Below, piece by piece: positions 19,423 to 29,400 of a stretch of DNA of 64,000 nt. The stretch covers positions 1 through 64,000 of the forward strand of contig JBNGIO010005800.1 in assembly GCA_049999805.1 (NCBI GenBank), read 5' to 3'. The notes under the pieces are model-generated. The model was not told where the DNA came from. It saw only the letters and a list, made by a program, of their open reading frames with translations, and made no database searches. Both the position numbers and the translations under genes were made by a program. The first letter of the stretch is position 1, and every line of letters starts with the position of its first letter. The stretch is from Folioceros fuciformis (taxonomy: Eukaryota).

Positions 19423-22335
19423 TCATTGTTCACTGGAGGAATCGGGCGAAAAATGCGATTGCTGCAAATACTCGGCGAAGTGCATCTCTTGCGACACCAT
19501 AGCTGCCAAATCAAGCCTCCCTGCCTCTTTGTAGAAGTCTACTAGGCGGCTGTAGGTGACTGGGGTAGGTTGGCAGCCCTTTTGCTTCATTCTCTTGAAC
19601 ATTCTGGTGACAGCTTCGAGCAGACCCATCTTGCTGTAGACAGTGATGATGTTCGTGTAAGTCACCACGTTTAGGTGCAAACCATCTCGTTGCATGTCCA
19701 TAGACAGGCGGAGAGCCAAGTCGAACTTGCCAGCAGTTCCGTAAGCATATATCATGGCATTGTACGCGGCTACATTGAGCTTGAACTTGCCGTGCCTCAG
19801 CTGCTCACAAGCTTCCACAGCTCTGTCCTGCTTCCCAGCCAGGGCGAAAATGTTGATGGACCTAACGAGGGCTTCTTGCTCAGAGGGAACCTCTTCACTT
19901 TCAGATCCCGAAGAATGATCCGTAGGAGCCATAACCAATCCAGCTTTTCTAAGAACGCCTTCAATCATGTCATGAGCTGCATCGCCTATTTCAATTATGG
20001 CTTCCTGCATTTGCAGATAAATCTGCGTAGCTGCCTGCAGTCTTCCAGCCCTAGAATACAGGCCCATAACCGAGTAGAATCCTTCCAGGTCTTTCAGAAG
20101 GCCTCTATCTTGCATCCGACCAGCAATAACAAGTGCTTGATCCAGCAGGTCTGCATCCTTGTAAAGGTTAAGCATGATGGTCATCGTAACCTGATTTGCT
20201 AGTCCCATACGTTCCAGCTGACCATATTGCTTCTCTGCCTCGTCCAAAAATCCTGCCTTTCCAACAATGTCTATCATCAAATTACACACGAAGACATCCA
20301 TGTCAAAGCCAACCTGTTGCATTTCTACGAAGAGGGCTCTCGCCTCATCCACCATCCCCAACCTGCCCAACACTTTCAACAAAGATGTATAAGCCACAAC
20401 GTTGGAAGAGAATCCTGCCTTTTTCATAGCCTCATGTGTAATCTTCGCATCTTGCACGGATCCTGCTTCGCAGAACGCATTGAGCAGGGCTCCATATGAC
20501 ACTTCATCCGGTGAAATTCCATGCCCTTGCATCTGCTTAAAGGTTTTAAAAGCCTCTTTAGCTTGACCCGATCTACCATAAAGCCCCAAAACAGCACCAT
20601 AAGTAGCTTGCTTTGGCTTGAATCCACGACCAAGCATGACATTCAAAAGCCGTTCAGTTTCTTGAATAAGGCCCGAGGATGCACACATTTGTATCACCGA
20701 GTTGAATGTGATCTCATCTGCTGTGACTCCTGCCTCCTCCAAACCGTCAAACAGGCAAACAGCCTGCGTGCATCTTTTGTTCAAACCATACGCCTTTATC
20801 ATGGCGTTGAAGACACCCATTTCTGGCATCACTGCCGTCTCTCTGTACGTCCTGAAAACCTTCTCAGCGTCTTCCCACAGTCCTTGCTCCCCGTAGGCAT
20901 TGATGATGACAGAAAACGTCTTGGGCGAAAAGGCTTCAGCAGAATGAAAGGCCTGCCGTGCCCTCTCTGCGTCAGCCAGGAGACCAGCCTTAATGTACAT
21001 GACCACAATTTTGGCTATTACAGCCTGTCCCAGCACATACTTCGGCTGATTCATGTGCTTCAGAATATCTTCCGTCTCCTTCACCAAACCTGAATCACAA
21101 GTGACGAGAAGGAGCGTTCGGCACGTCACAGCGTCTGGCTCCAAACCACCTGTCTTCATCTTCCCCAGGTACTCCATGGCAGTTTGCACTTCACCTTCCT
21201 TTGCGCAAATGGAAATCAGAATGTTGTAAGTGGCCTCATCTGGCACAGGACCAAGTTCCTCCATTCGTTTGTACAGAGAAACCGCTTCATCTCTGCGTCC
21301 AGAGCACCCACATATGAAAATCATGGTGTTGAATGTAATCACGTCTGGGGACACACCTGCCTGAATCATGTCAGCAAAGACTCTGGAAGCTCGGATGTAG
21401 TGGCCAGCACGACCATACATACCTATCATGGTGTTGTAAGCGGCAGAGTCACGGGCCCTCCGACCAACTCCGTCTGCATCCTCCCCTCGGCCCGGAACCA
21501 ACCTCATTGTCTCCCCATTCAGTCCCAGCGACCCACTAAACACCATCTCAGCAGCCTCCAAATCGCCAGCCCTTTTATGCAAATTGATCACCGTGTTAAC
21601 AGTCACGTCATCAGGCTCCAACCCTCGTCCCTGCATTTCCTCCAACCACAACAATGCCTCCTCTTTCCTCCCTGTCCTCCCACACGCATCAATCAAAGTA
21701 GAAAAACTCACATTCGTCGGCTCCACATTCTCTGTCTCCATGCCCTCCCACAACCTATTCACCTCCTCCCACATCCCAGCTCTCCCAAGAACCTTAAACA
21801 TGATATTATAAAACACCACACTAGGCCGGTAATTCAGCTGCCTCTTGATCCAGCCAAAAACCTCCACAGCCCTGTGCCAATCCCGCTGCTCATTCAGAAC
21901 CCTAGACAAGTCCCTAGTACCAAGCCTGCCGGCCCAGGGAGCCAACACCCCCTCCACATCACTTCCAGAGCTCAGAGCTTCAAGCACGGCAGCAACTGCA
22001 CCCCCGTACTTCTTCTTCGCGTGCCTCCCTGTTTGGCTTTCCCACGGTCTCCAATCCTTATGAGCCGCCGTCTGTAGCAGCTGGTCCCCAGAGCTTGTAA
22101 CACAGGGCGGCAGAAAGACATTGCGCAATCCCTTCACCAGGCTGCTTGCATCCTGTTGTCCAAAATTCAGTCTCTCTGCAGCAGAAACTGAAAAGACCGT
22201 CTCCAAATATTGAACAGTTACAGCATGTCTTGGCAGCCCCACAATGAAGACATGCAGGCCACTGAAGATGCATGGTTGGCCGGGACCCGCTCCGTCAAGA
22301 AGCCCGGCCATCTTTGATACGATCTGTTTCACCAT
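19423..22335 (-). CDS. P-class pentatricopeptide repeat protein (At1g73710/At3g23020-like), intronless
   Basis: Long tandem array of 35-aa P motifs (VVFYNIMFKVLGRAG, VITFNTMIFICG, VSYGALLNAFCEAG, VVAYTSLLKVLGRLG and others), preceded by VLNEQRDWHRAVEVFGW. Confidence 0.93.
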   Translation of the reverse strand: MVKQIVSKMAGLLDGAGPGQPCIFSGLHVFIVGLPRHAVTVQYLETVFSVSAAERLNFGQQDASSLVKGLRNVFLPPCVTSSGDQLLQTAAHKDWRPWESQTGRHAKKKYGGAVAAVLEALSSGSDVEGVLAPWAGRLGTRDLSRVLNEQRDWHRAVEVFGWIKRQLNYRPSVVFYNIMFKVLGRAGMWEEVNRLWEGMETENVEPTNVSFSTLIDACGRTGRKEEALLWLEEMQGRGLEPDDVTVNTVINLHKRAGDLEAAEMVFSGSLGLNGETMRLVPGRGEDADGVGRRARDSAAYNTMIGMYGRAGHYIRASRVFADMIQAGVSPDVITFNTMIFICGCSGRRDEAVSLYKRMEELGPVPDEATYNILISICAKEGEVQTAMEYLGKMKTGGLEPDAVTCRTLLLVTCDSGLVKETEDILKHMNQPKYVLGQAVIAKIVVMYIKAGLLADAERARQAFHSAEAFSPKTFSVIINAYGEQGLWEDAEKVFRTYRETAVMPEMGVFNAMIKAYGLNKRCTQAVCLFDGLEEAGVTADEITFNSVIQMCASSGLIQETERLLNVMLGRGFKPKQATYGAVLGLYGRSGQAKEAFKTFKQMQGHGISPDEVSYGALLNAFCEAGSVQDAKITHEAMKKAGFSSNVVAYTSLLKVLGRLGMVDEARALFVEMQQVGFDMDVFVCNLMIDIVGKAGFLDEAEKQYGQLERMGLANQVTMTIMLNLYKDADLLDQALVIAGRMQDRGLLKDLEGFYSVMGLYSRAGRLQAATQIYLQMQEAIIEIGDAAHDMIEGVLRKAGLVMAPTDHSSGSESEEVPSEQEALVRSINIFALAGKQDRAVEACEQLRHGKFKLNVAAYNAMIYAYGTAGKFDLALRLSMDMQRDGLHLNVVTYTNIITVYSKMGLLEAVTRMFKRMKQKGCQPTPVTYSRLVDFYKEAGRLDLAAMVSQEMHFAEYLQQSHFSPDSSSEQ

Positions 22336-22411
22336 TCTTGTAAAGCCGGTTTCAGAAATTAGAAATGTATTTCTTTCAATTTATATCTATCTTTTACAAC
22401 TTGCAGAGCAG

Positions 22412-22492
22412 GTTGACATGGCCGAGTTGGTCTAAGGCGCCAGATTAAGGTTCTGGTCCGGAAGGGCATGGGTTCGAATCCCATTGTCAACA
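22412..22492 (+). tRNA. tRNA-Leu(AAG)
   Basis: Acceptor stem GTTGACA/TGTCAAC plus discriminator A; A-box TGGCCGAGTTGG; anticodon arm CCAGA-TTAAGGT-TCTGG; long variable arm; T-loop GGTTCGAATCC. Confidence 0.95.
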
Positions 22493-22746
22493 TCAAGAAA
22501 GTTAACGCCCGATACCTTTGGCTGTTTACTTCACATCAGCGCACCCCTTAGTTTTCTCGTCCTTTCGGCGCACAGCTTGCGCTAAGTGTGAGCTTGCACT
22601 CGGTGCAGGAGTCCTGCGGGTAACGCCTATGGAGAGGGACGGAACCACCAGTTCAGAGGGATATGGAGGCCCAGCAGCGGGTGTAGTGGAGCTGGGTTTT
22701 GTGTCCAGGTCTATCTCCATGGGCTCAACTTACGCTTGTGGGGACC

Positions 22747-25533
22747 ATGAGTGCTTGGAGCATTGCCATTCGTCCTTGCACACGGGTAGCACAGGTCTAT
22801 TTGACACCAGAAAAGCAAGACGTGTACGGTGGCATCAGATTGCTCCTAGAGACAACGTTTGCTTGCCCAGTACACAATGTCTACAAGCCAGCTGGGATAC
22901 ATGTGAATGAGGCTACTGGGGATACGAAGATGGGTCGCAGTGCCCCCACATCCAGCTGGAGCTTTTTGGATGATTCTCACCGTGGCAGGCCTGTAAATGC
23001 TGAAACTGTCAGCCGACTTTGTCAACAGGGCCAGATCAAGGACGCTGTGGAGGCTCTAGGACTTCTGGTGCAGGCAGACTGTCGTGTACGCGGGTCCCTG
23101 TTTCATACTGTGCTCAAAGAATGTGTAGTTCGTAGGAATCTGGTTCTGAGTCGTATTGTCCATGCCCTGACTGTGGAGAAGGGGTATGAGTCGGACACCT
23201 TCCTGGGTAACCACCTGGTGCGAATGTATGCCTCTCATTCCAGGTTACAAGAGGCGATGGATGTGTTTACCGTCGTGGCCATACCAGATGCCTTCATGTG
23301 GTCTTCCATAATCTCAGCGCATGTTAGGAACGGACAAGCTAGGGAGGCCATACAGCTGTATCATCAGATGCGAAGGTCAAGTGTGAAACCAGATGGGCAT
23401 GTGTTTGTGGCAGCCCTACAGGCTTGTGCAGCGGGAGCAGATTTGGAGGCCGGGCAGCAGGTGCATGCTGATATTTTGTCCAGTGGGTTTGAGCACAGTC
23501 TGTTCGTTTCTAATGGCTTGGTGGACATGTATGCGAAGTGTTGCTGCCTGGAAGGTGCTCGAAAGGTTTTTAACAGGCTCCGTCTGAAAGATGAGGTGAC
23601 GTGGAATGCCATGATTTCTGGCTATTCTCAGCAGGGAAAGGGTGAGGAAGCCCTTCACCTGTACACTCTCATGCAGGAAGACGGCATTGCTGCACCCACC
23701 CCTGTTACATTTGTGTGCCTCCTGCAGGCATGTGCTAGTGTAGGGTGTTCGGCTTTGGAGAAGGGGAAGCAGCTTCACGCAGAGATTGGAGAACGAGGAG
23801 TTTTGGTTGACGTGATCGTAGGTTCCAGCCTGGTAAACATGTATGCAAAGTGTGGTGGCATAGAGGATGCCCGTAGAGTGTTTGACGGGCTCAGGCTAAA
23901 AGGTGTGGTCACGTGGAATGCTATGATGGGAGCATACTCCCAAAAGGGCATGGGTCAAGAATGTCTTCGTCTTTACGCTGCTATGGTGGAGGGTGTGGTG
24001 GCCCCAGATTGTGTGACATTCGTGTGCCTTTTGCAGGCATGTGCAAGTATGGGCAGCTCTGCTTTGGAGACGGGAAGACAGCTTCATGCAGAGATTGGAG
24101 AACAAGGGCTTCAGACCGATGTGGTCGTAGGTTGCAGCTTGGTGAACATGTATGCGAAGTGTGGGTGCCCACAGGACGCACAGGGAGTGTTCGACAGGCT
24201 CAGTCAGAAGAATGTGGTGACGTGGACTGCGTTGATAGCAGGATACGCTCAGCAGGGTATGGGTCAGGAGGCCCTTCTTGTTTACAGTCGTATGCAAGAC
24301 GAAGGCTTAGCTCCACCCAATCCGGTGACATTTTTGTGTATCCTACAGGCGTGTGCAAGTGTAGGTGCCCCTGCTTTGGAGACGGGGAAACAGCTCCATA
24401 CGCTGATTACGGAACAGGGACTTGAAGCTGATGGGGTTGTAGGTTGTGGCTTGGTGGACATGTACGCAAAGTGTGGCAGCTTGGAGGATGCTCAAGTCGT
24501 GTTTGACGGACTCGTTAAAAAGGATGTGGTGACATGGACCTCGCTGATAGCAGGATATTCCCACCAGGGCAGGTGTCAGGAAGCCCTTCGCCTTCACAGT
24601 GCCATGCGAGAAGAACGTATGTCTCCACCCAACTCTGTTACATTTGTATGCCTCCTAAAAGCTTGTGCAAACGTGGCTGCTTTGCACTCGGGAAGGCATC
24701 TTCATGCTGAGTTAAAGGAGCGAGGGCTTGAGTCTGACATGTTTGTAGCCATCAGTCTGATCAACATGTACGCAAAGTCTGGTAGCATTGTTGATGCACA
24801 GCGAGTGTTCGATAAGTTACCTACAAGAGACGTCGTGTCGTGGAATGCACTGATCGCAGGATACACCCATCAGGGAGATAGTGATGCGGTCTTTGAACTC
24901 GTTCGCAGAATGCGAAAGGACGGCATACTACCCGACGCTGTCACATTTTTGAGTTTACTAACAGTATGCAGTCACGTTGGTCTAGTGAATAAGGGGCGAG
25001 AGAACTTTGAGGCTATGAGCAACCAGTATGGCATTGCTCCCAGTGCTAAGCACTACTCATGCATGGTGGATCTCCTAGGTCGTGCAGGTCATCTCGACGA
25101 AGCTTTGGCGATGGCTCACACAATGCCTGTGCAGCCTCATGATGCAGTTTGGCACACTCTGCTGGGAGCTTGTAGGAAATGGAGCAATGTGGAGGTGGGT
25201 CGCCTTGCATTTGATGAAGCAGTGAAGCTAGACGAGAACTGTGCCGCATCTTATGTTTTGATGGCCAGCATCTATCGTGTTGCCGAGATGTGGGAGGAGG
25301 CCCGCGAAATGCATGCAAGGAGAGTACGGCTTGGGGCATGGAAGCAGCCCGGGCAGAGCTGGTGGACAGACATGGTGGGACTCGTGCACTGTTTCGTGGC
25401 TGGGGATACAATGCTTCCCGAGGTTGACAAGGTATATGCAAAGTTGGAAGAGCTGGTGGCCCAAGTGAAGAAAGAAGGGATTTGGATTGTGCCATATCAG
25501 GACTCGGCTTCCGGGGACATTTCTCACAGATGA
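22747..25533 (+). CDS. PLS-class PPR RNA-editing factor, E/E+ type with PGQSWW box, DYW truncated
   Basis: About five P-L-S triplets, then P2-L2-S2 (HYSCMVDLLGRAG), E1/E2 (VWHTLLGACRKW...YVLMASIY) and KQPGQSWW...VHCF. Stops after KKEG..VP without HxE or CxxC. First in-frame ATG at 22747; true start uncertain. Confidence 0.93.
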   Translation: MSAWSIAIRPCTRVAQVYLTPEKQDVYGGIRLLLETTFACPVHNVYKPAGIHVNEATGDTKMGRSAPTSSWSFLDDSHRGRPVNAETVSRLCQQGQIKDAVEALGLLVQADCRVRGSLFHTVLKECVVRRNLVLSRIVHALTVEKGYESDTFLGNHLVRMYASHSRLQEAMDVFTVVAIPDAFMWSSIISAHVRNGQAREAIQLYHQMRRSSVKPDGHVFVAALQACAAGADLEAGQQVHADILSSGFEHSLFVSNGLVDMYAKCCCLEGARKVFNRLRLKDEVTWNAMISGYSQQGKGEEALHLYTLMQEDGIAAPTPVTFVCLLQACASVGCSALEKGKQLHAEIGERGVLVDVIVGSSLVNMYAKCGGIEDARRVFDGLRLKGVVTWNAMMGAYSQKGMGQECLRLYAAMVEGVVAPDCVTFVCLLQACASMGSSALETGRQLHAEIGEQGLQTDVVVGCSLVNMYAKCGCPQDAQGVFDRLSQKNVVTWTALIAGYAQQGMGQEALLVYSRMQDEGLAPPNPVTFLCILQACASVGAPALETGKQLHTLITEQGLEADGVVGCGLVDMYAKCGSLEDAQVVFDGLVKKDVVTWTSLIAGYSHQGRCQEALRLHSAMREERMSPPNSVTFVCLLKACANVAALHSGRHLHAELKERGLESDMFVAISLINMYAKSGSIVDAQRVFDKLPTRDVVSWNALIAGYTHQGDSDAVFELVRRMRKDGILPDAVTFLSLLTVCSHVGLVNKGRENFEAMSNQYGIAPSAKHYSCMVDLLGRAGHLDEALAMAHTMPVQPHDAVWHTLLGACRKWSNVEVGRLAFDEAVKLDENCAASYVLMASIYRVAEMWEEAREMHARRVRLGAWKQPGQSWWTDMVGLVHCFVAGDTMLPEVDKVYAKLEELVAQVKKEGIWIVPYQDSASGDISHR

Positions 25534-26490
25534 GAGGCAAGTCGATAGTGCGTGAAGCTCCTTTATCACGTCTTATAGCTTTCTCCTATTTGCTTCTTCT
25601 GCGAATGCGCGTGTTGGCTCGACCACAACTTGAGGCCAGAATGCGGGGCTATTCGTCTGCAACTTGCTCTTCTCATCGAATATATTTTTCTTCCATGTCG
25701 GCCATTGTTGGATTGTGATGAAGCCATCAGTCAGTAAGCAGTGTTTGGAATCTGGTATTTTAGAAGCTGAGAAGATCTCTGCACTGACGACAAGGGAGTC
25801 AGCAGTATGCGCAGATAGCCCTCGTTATGAGGGAGGGAGACGGGAGAGGAAATTTTTACATCGTCATGAAGCAGTGTTCAATCTTTACTAGGGGAAGGGG
25901 ATGGGGAAGGGAAGGAAATTTCTACACAGTGGAAGGAGGAAATTTCTAGATAGTGATGATGCACTGTTCAAGCTGACATTCGCGCACAAGCTTCGGAAAG
26001 GGGTTGATCGAAGCTTTGGAAAGGGGTTGATGGAAGCTTCGGAAAGCGGTTTGAGCAAGTCGAAATTGGGGCAAGTCAAGGATCCTTCTTTGGTCTCTTA
26101 CGTCACATCTGCCTGCCATCACACGCCAGCTTACATGGTTCTGCGGCTTGCTTTGAAAGTGTCCGACTTTTTCCGAAACAAAGGAAGCTGCAGTCATCAT
26201 CTCCTCGTCTCCTGTGGCTGAGGATACTGTATGTTCTCCCGAGATACGTGAACGAATTGCATTCCATTGTACGAGCTGTGTTCAGCAGTCGGTTTGATAT
26301 CATCACGGTCCTCCTGGCTGCGAGTTCACTCCAAAACAACAAGGACTTTGGGTAGCACTACTAGTCGTCGATGGGCGACACCACGCTTCTCATGTTCGAG
26401 TCCCACATGCTGCCGATTCCTGCGAGAGTTTAGGGTAATACGGTCTGCAGCGGATTCGGTGAGATGATTTTATGAAAGTTTTGCGATGGA

Positions 26491-29400
26491 ATGCTGGTGT
26501 CTGCCGGATGGTATGCTGCTCCAGGCGCTGACATTCACAAACCACAAGTCTCGCTGATGCTCTGTCTTCCTCCGTGGAGGCTGGCAGGAACTTTTGGGAA
26601 AGCTCCCTCGTGTTTGATTCGAAGGATCATCCCGCTAGCAGAGCATGGCAGCAGCTCGGCAAGGAGGCCAGGTCGACCAAGGGGAAGTCCAGCTGCAGAA
26701 GGCGGGTCTCCCAGTGAGGTTCATCGCCAGGAGCTCCCATGGCGACAATTTTTTCGGGACGCCACAGGCTTGCTGGATAGCAGGCAACGAAAGAGAAGCT
26801 CCCGATCTCCAGACTTCAGTCACAGGGAGTCCCAGCAGGTACTTCGGATGGAGGAAAGCCAAAAACCATCTCGGGCGGACGCGCAGCTGGCTACTCTTGA
26901 TGTGGAGATGGGCCATTCGGCTCTTTCATCTCGCGGGAGCCAGCGTGATGATGGTGATTTCCGCAGGTCTGCACTTTACGGAAGGGGGTTGAAGGCTGAA
27001 ATTGTGAGCAGATTATGTCGGCAAGGGAAGCTCAGTGTGGCCGTTGAGGCTCTGGGAGTTCTGGTGCAGACTGACTGGTGTGGAGACAGATCTCTCTTTC
27101 TTATGCTCCTGAGAGAGTGTGTGGGTAAGAAGGATCTGCCTCTGGGTCGCCGTGTTCACGCTCTTGCCGTGAAGAAGGGGTCTGAGTCGGACACGTTCTT
27201 GTGCAATCATGTTCTGCGAATGTATGCTTCTTATGCTCGGTTGGAGGAAGCTATGGATGTGTTCTCCAAAGTTGCCAAATTAGACGCATTCACGTGGTCT
27301 GCCATAATCTCTGCCCATGTGAAGCACGGACAAGACAAGCAAGCCTTGCGACTGTATTATAGTATGCGGAGCTCGAGGGTGAAGCCAGATGGGCACGTGT
27401 TTGTGGCAGCTCTTCAGGCTTGTGCTAGGGGAGCAGACTTGAAATCTGGGCAGCAGGTGCATGCTGATCTCTTGGCTAGCAGCATTGAGCCGAATCTGTT
27501 CGTATGGAATGGCTTAGTGGACATGTATGCCAAATGTGGCAGCTTGGAAGATGCTCAAAGGGTGTTTGATGGGCTCGACGAAAAAGATGTTGTGACATGG
27601 AGTGCCATGATTGCAGGATATTCCCAGAAGGGCATGGGGCTGGAAGCCCTTGATCTCTACAAGGCTATGCAAGATGAAGGCATTGTAATACCCAATTCTG
27701 TGACGTTTGTTTGCCTCCTACAGGCTTGTGCAAGTGTGGGCACTGCTGCTTTGGAGAAGGGAAAGCAGCTCCACGCGCAAATTAGTGAACGAGGACTTCA
27801 GGCTGATGTAGTTGTAGGTGGGAGCCTGGTAAACATGTATGCCAAGTGCGGCAGCATTGAGGATGCTCGGGGTGTGTTCGATAGACTAGGTCAAAAAAAT
27901 GTGGTGACGTGGAGTGCTATGATAGCAGGATACTCCCAGCAGGGAATGGGGCAGGAAGCTCTCCATCTTTACAAAGCCATGCAGGAAGAACGAATCGTCG
28001 CACCTGATGCTGTGACATTTGTGTCCCTCCTGCAGGCATGTGCAAGTGTTGGCACTGCAGCTTTGGAGACGGGAAAGAAGCTTCACTTAAAAGTCAAGGA
28101 GCAGGGGCTTGAAACAGATGTCTTTGTATCAAGCAGTTTGGTAAACATGTATGCAAAATGTGGAAGCCTAGAGGATGCTCAATCAGTATTTGATGTCCTT
28201 CGTGAAAAAAATGTGGTAACCTGGAGTGCCATGATAACAGGGTATTCCCAGCAGGGCAAGGGGCAGCAAGCCCTTCAGCTTCACAATGCTATGCTAGAAA
28301 AAGGTTTCTGTGGACTGGACTCTGTTACATTTGTGTGCCTGTTGCAGGCATGTGCAAGTGTTGGGCACTCAGCTTTGGAGAAGGGGAAGCAGCTTCATGC
28401 ACAAATTAAAGAAGAAGGCCTTCAGAGCGATGCATTTGTAGCCAGCAGTTTGATCAACATGTATGCAAAATGCGGCAGCCTAGTGAATGCTCAGAGCGTA
28501 TTCAACAAGCTTGGACTGAAAAATGTGGTCGTTTGGAACGCGATGATAGCAGGGTATTCCCAGCAGGGCATGGGGCAGGAAGCCCTTTGTATTTATACAA
28601 CTATGGAAGAAGAGGGCATGGTTGCGCCTAATTGTGTGACGTTTATGTCCCTCCTGCAAGCTTGTGCATGTCTTGGCCCACCAGCTCTAGGGAAGGGGAA
28701 GCACCTGCATGCACAGATACAGACACGATCGCTTCAACTTGATGTGCTTGTAGCCAGCAGTTTGGTCAACATGTACGCAAAGTGTAACAGTCTTCAAGAC
28801 GCTCGGGAGGTTTTTGATGGTATTGTTCAGAAAGATGTAGTGACGTGGAGCACCATGATAGCAGGATATTCCCAGCAGGGCGAGCTACAGGAGGCCCTCC
28901 ATCTTTATTGTGCTATGCAAGAAGACCAAATGGTTGTTCCCGATTCTGGAACATTTGTGTGCCTACTGCAGGCGTGTGCAAGTGTGGGTGCCCTCGCTTT
29001 GGAGAAAGGGAAGCAGCTTCATGTGGAAATTAAAGAGCGAGAGCTTCAGGCCGATGAGTATGTAGCCAGCAGTTTGGTGAACATGTATGCAAAGTGCGGC
29101 AGCTTAGAGGATGCTCGGGCTGTCTTTGATAAACTTGATCAGAAAAGTGTTGTGATGTGGAGTGCCATGATAGCGGGCTACTCCCAGCAGGGCATGGGTC
29201 AGGAAGCCCTGTGTCTTTATGGAGCTATGGAAGAACAGGAGGTGGTTGCACCCAATTCTGTAACTTTTGTCTGCCTTCTGCAGGCATGTGCAAGTGTGGG
29301 TACCCCGGCATTTGAAAGAGGGAGACACCTTCATGCCCAGATTAGAGAGCAAGGACTTCAAGCCGACGTGTTTGTTGCCAGCAGTTTGGTAAACATGTAT

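Noticed and set aside
19675-22077. Long antisense ORFs within PPR, kinase and MltB genes (for example 21184-22077 and 37500-38369)
   Set aside because: Expected by-products of codon bias on the opposite strand of real genes.
25988-26055. 23-bp triple repeat aagcttcggaaaggggttgatcg and nearby ggaaatttcta motifs
   Set aside because: Short local slippage repeats between the PPR genes, with no evidence of function.
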